Assembly (NCBI GenBank): GCA_050230475.1
Contig: JBFLGF010000018.1
Span: 62,001-126,000, forward strand
Length of the DNA stretch: 64,000 nucleotides
DNA from: Ancylonema sp.
Taxonomy: Eukaryota
Direction of reading: 5' to 3'
Shown: piece after piece, positions 1 to 11,072 of the stretch
Position numbering within the stretch: position 1 is the stretch's first letter
Layout of the letters: every line of letters begins with the position of its first letter
Program-made: the position numbers and the translations under genes
The notes under the pieces: generated by a model
Told to the model about the DNA's origin: nothing
Seen by the model: only the letters and a program-made list of their open reading frames with translations
Databases searched by the model: none

Positions 1-2194
1 CATCGCAGTGATAATATTTCTGCATACAAAATTGTGTTTGGCTAGAACATAAGGTCCACAACTGTTCCTCATCACAAGTCATTGAAAGTGTACAAGATAG
101 TAGGCATCCGGAATACAATTCTTGGAACTTTTCGCACTTCTTGGTATGTTGATGGTGTGCAATTACATTATGCAACGACGATACACGGACGCAACAAAGC
201 GTTCACCCACTCATAGGGACTCCGAACACGTATTAAAATGCAATAATGCAGTAATGTACAAATTATGTAAGTAATAGAAAAGAAACGACAGCCAATCGGT
301 TCAATGCGACACTAATCATCAGTGAACATTTCATATTTGGTTGTGAGGCACATGTGTTCGATATATTTTGGCCTGTCTACATCTCTGACGCCAGACGACG
401 TCCCTTCCTGCAGTTTGATGCCGCGTCCGAAGTAATCGCTAGCACCTTCACGCCATATTCCATTTCGAGCCTTCCAATCACCTCCGTGATCCTCGTCGCT
501 ATAAACTCCCCGGTCTCTTTCTCCTTGGTTTCATCCGACACATGGAAAGGGGATGTCTGAAACAAGGTGGGGAAAGAAAATGTTAGTAAAATACCACGAT
601 AAACGTATATAAACAACACTTATAGCACGAAGATGTCTTCACCAATCCGTCATTTCATAGACTAGCCACCCGAGCAAGTTTTGAAGTATGCCTCCCGTCA
701 ATTATAAGTACCTCTCGGTCGTTGGAAACAGCTGACCACCCGAGCATGTTCAGTCGTCTCGAATTCCTCCACCCGTCAAACATAAGAGTGACCCCTGATC
801 CACCCAAGAAAAGAACATGGAAGCCATTACATAGAAGACAATTATAATCAAGAAATAGAAGTGTATAGTTAAGAACCAACCGCCACCCGACACAATAAGA
901 TGTAGGTTAGTGAGGAGTGGAATGTAATTGGCAGAGTCGGAATCGAGGGTACCTCGTGCCACTCGCAATTTCTGACGTGTGATCTCATGGTAACTTTTCG
1001 CCACACGGTCGAGCACCGCCCCCGCCATGTACTTCCTCGATAGCATACTCGCTGCAGGACGGAGAAGCTCGAAGACTCTCATGGTGCTGGGCCTTTCCAG
1101 CCATCTAAATGTCATGTTACAGTCGATGATCATGATCAGTATGGCGTCCTCCAATTGCTTTCTCTGAGATGCTGTCAGGGGATGGTCGGCGTAAGGCAAA
1201 TGCAGAGTGGTCTGTCTCATCCCCGTGGTACCACCTGACTCCTTTATTCCTAGTCTCGTTTTCGGCTTGGTTTTTGGCGTCTATATATTTATGCAGCTGT
1301 TTTTTCGTTTGGATTTGTGTCGCAGATTTGAAACAAGGACAGTCATTCACCAAGTGTCTCAACATTTGTTTCTGCGACGCCTGACATGTCCACCCAATTT
1401 TATCTTCCTTCCATCTTCCTTCACAATTTTTACAGATAGCTTGGGCATGCTTTTTATTTGCCATCATATACTCTCTCCCGTCTGAACTTCTGCGTTTTTT
1501 TAAGTTGCCACTGCCCTCTATCCCCTTTGTCTCCAACATTAGTTTGTCTATATCTGCAGACGACATGCATCGTGTGCCAGCATCAATTCTTTCCCAGGTG
1601 TCATCCATATCGTCGTACATTTCGGTCATCGTGTTTGCAATGGATGGATTACATATTTCAAGAAAATTTCGAAGGAAAGAAAGCAAGAAGTGTGGCATTG
1701 AAATTGCAGACTTGGGCACCAAATTTCGGCGAAGAGGTAATGTTCTGAAGTGCAGACTTGGGCAACAAATTTCGACGAAGAGGTAATGTTATGTAGTTGC
1801 GGAGTCGTAGTCGACTGCAAGATCGGTTCAATGCTTTTTGATTGGTTGAGTCTTGTTAAGACGAATGGCTGTAATCCGCACCATATCCTTCAACCTATAC
1901 AGGAATATCTATATCTATCCCCGACGCCCAACCGCCACCCAACTGCTCCAACCGCCACCCAACTGCCCAACCGCTACCCAACCGCCCAACCGCTACCCAA
2001 CCGCCCAGCCGGCACCCAACCGCCCAACCGCAATCCAACCGTCCAACCGCCACCCAACTGCCAACCGCCGGGTGGGTCGGTTGGGCGGTTGGGTGGCGGT
2101 ATCGCGGTTGGACTACGGTCCAGTGATATGGCGGTTGGGCAACCGGCGGTTGGGCGGTTGGCGGTTGGCGGTTGGCGGTTGGGTGCCCACCCTA
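1..2194 (-). mobile_element. hAT-family DNA transposon, 5' part; continues off the left edge
   Basis: Read on -, the terminus is TAGGGTGGGCACCC (ends at 2194), followed by dense CCAACCG/CGGTTGG subterminal repeats (1920-2190). Transposase fragments lie inside. The same TIR and subterminal type occur at 32680-34903 with an 8-bp TSD. Confidence 0.8.
377..1629 (-). pseudogene. hAT transposase, intron-containing, with an apparent frameshift near 1235
   Basis: BED-finger-like CKNC...HLVNDC, then CNMTFRWLE...LRP, LMFDGW (first catalytic D) and ITSDAASN (second D) on successive minus-strand ORFs. The C-terminus is not resolved. Confidence 0.75.
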
Positions 2195-2538
2195 GTCGCC
2201 AGCTAGGCAATTTCGTTGACCCGGAATTGAACGTCCATGCTGAAAGTCCCGCGTTTTAACGTGAAACGCGTCAACAACCGTGGCAGTAAAATTAGACGTC
2301 CGCATGAGCGTGTGAGTCCGCAGGCGGTGACGTCCGCAGCTCGTGTTTGTTCGCTGTGTTTTCGTTATATTTTAATAACGTGATCGTTCGAAACTTATAC
2401 CGGGAGCTGCAGAGCAACCGAGAAATACAAACACGTGTCGGACGGCAACGGCGCCCCTCCACACTGCCGAGTGCATCCTGCCGGGACGCAATTCGTTGGC
2501 AGAGGCACATTGCCACTTCATCTAGGGCACTTTTCGTG

Positions 2539-3527
2539 ATGCTGCGACAGCTCGCGCGCGGCGCTCACTCGGGCACTCAGGCCGTTTTAAGAGTCGTCGC
2601 TCGTGTGAGCGGGCTGCGGCACAATGCAGACTTCGCGACCGAGTTTAAGAAAGTTGCTCCTACTCTAGATGTATCCGACACGCTATCATCGTTCATGAGA
2701 AAGAGGTCAGAGGTCCCGAGCAGCATTCCGGAGAAGCTGACGGTCAACTTCTTTTATCCGCATGAGGTCCACTACAGCGCCAAAGAGGTGATTTGCAGTA
2801 CCCCTTCAACTAAATGCGAGATATACAGCTCGGATCGTGGAATCGTGTAGCTAGTCATAAAGATCGAATATCAGATAATTATCAGCTAGCGTGACCTACG
2901 TCATGTAATGTAGGCGCCAAGAAGCCCAGGCAGTGTGCAATGTCCAATGACATCTTCTAAGAAATATCACGTTTTGCTACCTGATCGACTAGAAGGTTTC
3001 AGCAGGTTTCAGTATACAGACGTCCTGAATGCTCGGCTATCAACCTGATGGTAGCACGATGTCATCGTGCTAGATAACATCGTGCTAGATACGTCCACAT
3101 TCGTCCTGAATTTTCTGGTCGCTGAAATTCCAGAAGGTTCTGTGATACATACTGGCAGGGTCCTATCCAGAAAGCTAGGGTTTTGTATGCCTCGCTGCAC
3201 GTATGCTAGAGTTTTCAAAGGGAATTCACCATGTTGCAAACGGTATTTTCTCAACGGTCTCTCTGGATCAGCTGTACTTTGTCATACAGTCTGTCCCAAA
3301 ATAACAAATGTGTATGCTGCCGGAATCTTCAGGTGGACCAAGTCATCATTCCTGCCGGCTCAGGCCATATGGGAGTTCTCCCCGGCCACCTGTCCACTTT
3401 CGCCGAGCTCCAACCAGGTCTCTTGTCGGTCTTTGAGGGTGCTGAAGAGAATAAGTTTTTTGTAGGCAGCGGCATTGCCTTCATTCACTCCTACTTCGAT
3501 GTATATGTGCATGTGGTGGCCTCTTAG
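2539..3527 (+). pseudogene. Truncated inverted duplicate of mitochondrial ATP synthase F1 delta; open 147-aa frame lacking the C-terminal helices
   Basis: Exons 2539-2787 and 3333-3527 with intact GT/AG. Colinear with the gene at 7859-8628. Homology stops at ~3520 (HVVAS*). The intron is 545 bp versus 176 bp in the parent. Confidence 0.8.
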
Positions 3528-5290
3528 CAATGCCCTCCCAGTTCAAAGCCCTGAATCCTACTCCTCCTCTTATCCCCCCCCCTCCTTACATTCTCTACTT
3601 TGTAGGCGGGAGGAATCCGGCAATGCTGATGTGGAACAGGGGGTTGAAGAGGAAGGCCAAATATTCTAAAAGTAAGTCAGCACAGGCGAAGGGTTCAGTG
3701 GGGTCTGGTTTCTCGTTTCGGTCGCCATTCTGTGATTGTATGCCGTCCTGGATAGATGTGAGACCTTCTTCATCTCAATAATATAAACCCGAGGGTAAGG
3801 ATTAGAGTTCGGGGTTTGGAGATGTGTCCATGTTCGTTAATTCAAGGATGTTCTAGCATGCTCGTCTTTGTTAGGTTAAATTAGACTTTGGTTGGGAACA
3901 CCATTCTATACGGAATCGTCCAAAAGATGTCGCAAAACACTTGAGAACGCACATGGTAAACATACTTGAGGTAATTGTTGGTGTGCGAACATGCTTGCAC
4001 GTGTTTTTTGCGAATTGAGTTAGGACAATGTGCCTACATGTATACATGTGCTACATATATACATGCCACTAAGCTACATGCTACATGTTACATGCCACAT
4101 GTTACCTTGCATAGAAGCTGGCTTATTTGAAGGAGGCAGATGTTTCATTTAAATCACGAAGGAGGCAAATGATGATCGCTTGCAATTTGTATTTGTGTTC
4201 GGAGATACCAAATATTCAATATACGTTACTTGACGCCTGAATTGGAAAGCTTTCCATGGTTCTCCTCACTTCAGCGAACAATGAAGTGGATCTACATGAA
4301 GAGCCATGTGGGAATGTACTTTCGGCACGAGGAATTATTACCAAACAAAAACAAAACCCATGACACATTAGCAAGTCATGTGTCATGTTGCCCCTATCTC
4401 TTGCAGGCCCTTACGCGGTTATGTGGGTGCCGGACGACCAACCATTACAACGCTCCTATCCAAATGCGGGCAGCGTGAAAACAACAAGCCGTCAAATGCG
4501 AAGAATGGAGCTTCGACGACAATTCCAAATTGTGAGAAGTGGATGACAATAACTAGCGTCAACAAGATTGGAGTATCATAGGCTCCGACCGTATGCTTGA
4601 AATTATGAAGCAAAGGTGGTTACTTTTCGTTGAAATGTAGAACGGCCTGAAGAAGTCACAAATGTTATGTTTAATTGAGTTGCAATTTTAGATGCAAAGA
4701 AGTCAACAACTGATATCGGTGTGACATTGGTGGTGAACGTGCAGAGTGAAAAGGCCAAGAAAACGGAAGAGATCAAGGCGGCTCTACGAGCTCGAGATCA
4801 GATGAGAATAGCACGGTGGCGCGCAGCTGTGAAGAGAGCAAAAGATTGGCAAGATTTTTTGGCAACCACAAATGGTGTTGCGGCAGTATAACTCGTGCCG
4901 CGAAGGCACTATAGGGGAAATATTGTATTGCAACGGCGGGTTTAGGTGTAGTTGAAAGCTCACTTGCAATACAATGTTTGTGGTAGTTGTACATAGCAGT
5001 ATCTACCCTCAATAACAAGCATATTCATATACTATCGGCACCACAGTAGTGGTCTTACCCAAACACACGTTATTGAATATTCCACGTCACTTGCTCATTT
5101 TATCACTTGGTTTAAGCGTATAGTTGGGCGCGCACATGTGCGCGGGTTTGGCGCACATGTTCGGAACATGTGCTTGTCGTGTGCATGTCCGATTGGTTTT
5201 TGGGGCTATTCTCATCATGCTCATTCCCGGGATAAAAAACATCTTCTCTTCCAACAAATTGGCAAGAACCATATTTTACATGGTAAAAAT

Positions 5291-5861
5291 CATAGTTGAT
5301 CCATGGTTGATCCATTCTGATCCTCGAGCCGGATCGGCGCCGGATTGGACCCGACCCGGATCGGCGAGGGATCAGAAGTACTCCGATCAGATCGAGACCA
5401 CAATGAAAAAAATAATATTAATACAATATTTTGGAGTGTTTTACGCCACATGGGTGTTTTGTTTTTTAGTACTACATTGAAACCTGTCCTATTTAATACT
5501 GTGCTAATTAATAACCTGTCCTAACTAATAGAAAATTTACCGTCCGATTTCCGGTTATCACTCGGAATCTGACGTGTTAATTGATAACCTGTCTTAATTG
5601 ATAATATTTTCCGGTCCCGACAGCATTAATTAAGACAGGTTTTACTGTATAACAATACTAGAGTACTACTGCTGTACTACAGTACTATAGTGCTATACAA
5701 GTATTGTTATTATCGAGTTTCACATGAGTTATTATCGAGTCTTTGGCTATTCCGATCCAGATTGGTGTTGAATCGGGTCCGATCCGGATTTGCACTATGT
5801 AGAGTCCGATCCGGATTGGCGCTGGATCGAAAATTACCCAATCGGATCGGGCCCTAATGAT
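5291..5861. mobile_element. GATCCG/CGGATC-rich hAT-like MITE; family fragments also at ~7097-7340, ~22095-22430 and ~60090-60246
   Basis: Clustered GATCCG/CGGATC subterminal motifs. CAT(A/G)GTTGGGCC-type ends are shared among the fragments. Boundaries are approximate. Confidence 0.45.
5475..5647. mobile_element. Tc1/mariner(pogo)-like MITE
   Basis: Imperfect TIRs CATTGAAACCTGTC / GACAGGTTTTACTG flanked by TA on both sides. Nested in a GATCCG-rich element. Confidence 0.65.
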
Positions 5862-5999
5862 GGTAGGAATAGAAATTTGGGTTCTTCGTCACATGCGGTG
5901 TCTACGCTCTCCAAAATCGAATTGCAAAAAGAAGTGAGGAGTTTCAAGTTGCTATTTGCTTCTTCGCGCCGTTATCAATATCGTTTTAATGTAAAAAAG

Positions 6000-7051
6000 C
6001 TAAGTTACCCGAACCGGCAAAATCGAAATTTGGAACCGAAATCCGCCCCGGTCCGACATGCAGACCGGGACGGACCGCGCGATTTTTAGGGGTTTTTTGT
6101 TGGCGGGAATTTTCCAAGAGGCGTTTTACGGGGGGTTTTTAAATATAAATGATGAGTTTTACGTGTTATACGTGGGTACCACTTGTGACACGCCTGGTGT
6201 TTGAAACATTTCAACAAGTATATAGAAAGGAGGCAGAAGGATGGTAGGATGCTACAATACCAAGTATTCATTATGTGGTGGGAAAATGGATCAAAAACTT
6301 GAGGCATGTGTGGATGAGGCAAAGGCAGTAGTAGTCAAAAGTAGTAGTTTGCCGAATAATTATGCATGTGATATATGATATCATATCATCAATGATGATA
6401 TGTGATATGTGATATGTGACCCTCAACTCTACACCGTGAACAATGTTCAGGGTTCATATCACATAATCACATATCATAGATATGTGATATGTTATATTTG
6501 TACGTGTTTATTAGACTTTTATCACAAAGCTGTTCGATAATTATGGTGAATGATAGGGTATATTGATTCGTTGAAACTTGCAACTTGGAAAAAATACAAT
6601 GTTCACGTTTGGTTCACCTTTGGATGAGTAATCGTTTTTGTTACATTGCAACCACTCTTAAGCACGTGTGAGCAATGCTGAAAATTAGTACATGAGAAAA
6701 TGGTAAAAGATATCATTAAAAAAGTTTCCTAACTGTCAATGACGGTGTTGGGGGAGTGGGAGCCAAAAGTACTTGATCACTCGTTTCTGAAAGAAACAAT
6801 TGAGCACGTTGGTTTTTGGGTTTTCATTCATTGATGGCTTGGCAAATCATTTTTTTGAAAATTTACATAGATGCACATTGAAACACTACGCAATAAAAAA
6901 ACAATTTCATTTTTTTTGAACTAGCAAAAAAATAAAAACCTATACAAACTGAATTTACCCTAAATAGCCGGTCCGAGGTTTTGGGCCTCGGACGGACCCC
7001 GGTCCGAGATGCGGACCTTCGAACCCGTTTCCAAAGTTTCGGGTAACTATG
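6000..7051. mobile_element. Non-autonomous TIR element, hAT-like
   Basis: Inverted ends AGTTACCCGAA / TTCGGGTAACT with CGGACC/GGTCCG subterminal motifs and similar A-rich 8-bp flanks. Related ends occur near 22000-22099 and 50590-50647. Confidence 0.5.
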
Positions 7052-7359
7052 GTAAAAAGTCGGGTGCTACACAATATTCTTCCACAAAATACGCATCATA
7101 GTTGGGGCCGACCTGATCTTAGAATGTATGAACCAGCGCCGATCCAGATCCTATCAGAGGGGGGCGCCGATCATAGATTCTAAAGTCCAATCGATGAAGA
7201 CGCAAAAAACCAAATGGGACATACAATGCACACCAAGGGTCATGTTTTTTTCTTTTGCCTCCCCCCTCATTGGGCCTTATCCGATCGGGGAACCTCCAAC
7301 CAGGATCCGGGATGGGGTTGATCCCATTTTTCGATCCCTTTTTTTTTAAGCTTCACCCA

Positions 7360-7393
7360 CACACACACACACACAAATGCAACACACACACAC
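7360..7393. repeat. (CA)n microsatellite, interrupted
   Basis: Directly visible. Confidence 0.85.
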
Positions 7394-7858
7394 AAATGCA
7401 GATGGTGTAGGTGAAAATCGCCTTGGCATTCAAAGATTTTAAGTGGAACAAGGTAAAACAATTTCTGATATTAACACTTCTTCTCTTCTTCTTCATTTCT
7501 TCTTCTCTTCTTCTTCTTTGACACTTCTTCTTCACGCATTTTCATAGACGATACGAACATTCTACTTTGACGTCATCTTCTTGAATTCTGTCAGGCTCCC
7601 ACGTGTAAGGAAAGGTGCCACTACTCCCTTTCCAACAAACGGTCACAACTCCTTAACTTGCCTCCTTCTCTTTACACTCTCACAATATACCGGCTGTCAC
7701 GCTTGAAGACCCTCCTAATTGCCGAAATGGCTTCTAAATGTTGGGACTTGGTGTACAAGCATGCTCACATGTGTCACCAGCATTTGCGCATTTGCGGCTC
7801 TTGTCAACCCCACCGAACAAGCTACTCGTGTTCACAAGTTCAGGGATTAGTATTCTCA

Positions 7859-8628
7859 TTACAACCCCAAAGCTGCACTCATAGCACTGTGCACCTCGAC
7901 ACCAATCTGCGCGTCCGCTTTCTCCAACTCCGTGTTTGCACTGGCTGCCTTTGCTGTATATGCCGCCAGGCCCTTCTTCACTTCCTCTGGGTCGATCCGA
8001 TCCAACGGTGTGGCTTCCACCGCCACCACATCCAACACGGAATTGGAGTGGATGAAGGCAAAGCCGCTGCTCACAAAATACTTCTTCTCTTCAGCACCCT
8101 CAAAGACCGACAGGAGACCTGGTTGGAGCTCGGCGATAGTGGAAACATGGCCGGGGAGAACTCCCATTTGGCCTGAGCTGGCAGGAATGATGACTTGGTC
8201 TACCTGAAGATTCCAGCAGGACACACAATTGTCATTTTGGGACAGAGTGTATGATAAAGTACAGCCTGAAGGTCGGTGCTGACGTGGCCATGACGATCTG
8301 ATATTCGATCTTTATGAATAGCTGCACGATTCCACGACCCAAGCATCTCGCATTCAGTTGGAGGGGGACTGCAAATCACCTCTTTGGCGCTGTAGGGGAC
8401 CTCATGCGGAACAACGAAGTTGACCGTCAGCTTCTCCGGAATGCTGCTCGGGACCTCTGGCCTCTTTTTCATGAACGATGATGGCGTGTGGGGTACATCT
8501 AGTATAGGAGCAACTTTCTTAAACTCGGTCGCGAAGTCTCCATAGTGCCGCACCCCGCTCACACGAGCGACGACTCCTCGCACGGCCTGAGTGCCCGAGT
8601 GAGCGCCGCGCGCGAGCTGTCGCAACAT
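7859..8628 (-). CDS. Mitochondrial ATP synthase F1 subunit delta precursor, 197 aa, 2 exons
   Basis: Exons 8628-8380 and 8203-7859 with a GT-AG intron. Arg-rich presequence, [43 protein letters not shown]-terminal [11 protein letters not shown]. Confidence 0.95.
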
Positions 8629-11072
8629 CACGAAAAGTGCTCTAGAAGAAGTGGTAAAGTGCCTATTCCAACGGATTGCGTCCAGGCAGGGTGCACGCGG
8701 CAGTGTGGAGGGGCGCCGTTGCCGTCCGACACGTGTTTGTCTGTCTCAGTCTTTCTGCAGCTCCCGGTAGAAATATAGAACGATCACGTTATTAAATTAC
8801 AACGAAAACACAGCGAACAAACCCCACAAGCTGCTGACGTCACCAGATGGACAGATAGGCCATACTTTCCGGACGCATATGCTCATGCGGACGTCCTAGT
8901 GGTTGCCGTACGATTTTACTGCCACGGTTGTTGACGCGTTCTAGCATGGACGGTTAATCCGGGTCTTCGTTCAACGACACTGCCTAGCTGGCGACTCGGG
9001 GCTGTCACATGGCAGATGACACCGTCCTGCGCAAAATGCGCGCTCCTCCCCCCGCACGTGCGATTTTTTAAATGCGACTGCAGGGTTCTTCTTGATTTGT
9101 CTTCGTGCAAGATCTTGCTGAAGGGCGCCGATACACATGCGAGGACATAATTTGGGAATGCTAGGAGGGTTCATGAATGATGGTGGCCCTTATAAAGCGT
9201 AAAAACAACCGGCAATGGTACTATGACATTGTGAACTTGCGCTACTCTCTTTTGTGAAAAACTCAAGCATTCAACCATGCAAATTCCGAATTCATCAATC
9301 AATTCGACATGAACTCTTTGCAATGAATTATTCTTCAAAAAGATAGTAAATTGTTCAGACACGAATGTTTTAGTACAACTCAACACAAAACCGATCAAAA
9401 TGCAACTTCTGGGATTGACAGTGTCAGGGATCGGCATCTCGGTATATATTGTATGTGTGTTGTCCAAGTCCCATCATTGTCATTGTGCCTTTTATGGCCC
9501 GGTTGTGAAGTCGTTGAAAGTACGGTCCGGCGACGGTCGTAACAGATAGCCCACGGCCTCTAAGCCTATACACTTGTCACCTACGTGTCACTACGTGTCA
9601 CTGTATCCCAGCTAGTGACTACAAACGTGGACACGTTAACTACCCAAAACTCACACATGTCCAAAATATGCCAACTATTATCATCACGTGCATCTCTCCA
9701 AATAAAACACAACTCACAAAGAATGACTAAATTCTAATTACACATGACGCGTATCGATCACTTCAAAGTTTCGACCTCGTGTTGTCCTCTCACCTAATTA
9801 GCACTCAAAACGCTATATATATAAAATCGATATCGTCCTAACCACAACTCCAAATCAGCTAGCGTCGTCACCCAAATTATCCTTGTCAACTCAGATAATC
9901 AACATTCGACACGGCGAGATTGTCAATGTATATCCACAGTTGGATGGGATAGAATTTTACACTCTTGTTAGCGTTAAAATCAAGACACTACGAACTTCCG
10001 TGATTGTTTCGCGGTGGTTTGCGATTATTGGTCCTCTAGGATTTCTTGCATCCCATAAGTCTTAAGTCGATAGTTTCATATCTAGTGAACGGGGTGCCAT
10101 TGTCACGCGTAAGGTAAGACTTTTGGGGCAACGATGCTCCGTCGAGCCCCCCCCTCCGTCGAGCTCGTTGGTGTCCCCTTATAAATCGCCTAGGAGTGGA
10201 CTCATTATACACCTTCCCGGCACATTTCTCGGCCGCCTTATTGAGATACATTCGTACAATTTCTTTTAATAAGTATTATTGTAGCTAGAATTAGCCTCAA
10301 AAGTGTGCTGGTTACTCCCCGCATTTTGGTATTCAAAGCTTTCCTCCCTTTGGATAGTGGTTGCTTAGTGGTTACTTAGTGGCTACTTATGTTAGGATTT
10401 CGGGTGTGATGTTGGAGATAAGTAGTAGTTTAGTATAAGGGTCTCTAAAGATTTGGCACACTCGATATTATATCTCGAGTTGTTTTGTGGCACATGAAGT
10501 ACCTCGCTACTTGCATGTTTTGCTAGAGTTGTGTATCAGTTTTTATCGATACGTAAAAGGTCCGTGATCAGAATGCCTTCAAACTTGTGTTTCTATTTAT
10601 GATTGGTCACTACCTTATACGTCTTGATAAACAAACATACTGAAATTCATACATACGTGAATATACGTAGGTCTAGGTAGAGCTGAAATTGTTTTGTTTT
10701 ATAAACATTTTGTTTGTTTGTTATGTTTTGTTTGTTTGCTTTTATTTTTCGATCTCCGCTCAAAATGTTTCACAAATTCGGTCGTACGTGTCGGATTTGT
10801 CGAAAACTTGTTTGTTTAGTAATATCCTCAAATTTGGCACAGATTTCTTTTTACATACAACACCACATCAGAGAGGAGGTTCAGTAGTGTTCACACTAGA
10901 GTTGGCCCCATACCTCATTCTTGCGCCGCTCTCCACACTACACGCAAATGTCTTTGGTGTGGGGCCATAAATTATTTTCAGGTCTGTTTGATTAACAACC
11001 TCGCAAAAGTGTAGAATATCTACATATTTTTGGAACTCAAATTCGAGGGTGATAGGGATTGGGGAGCCCGTG

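Noticed and set aside
1750..2259. Pro/Gly-rich ORFs (also near 32.7 and 34.7 kb)
   Set aside because: They arise from hAT subterminal CCAACCG repeats.
4230..5020. Possible Mutator transposase C-terminal relic
   Set aside because: Only a vague GRP...KCGQ resemblance; not supportable.
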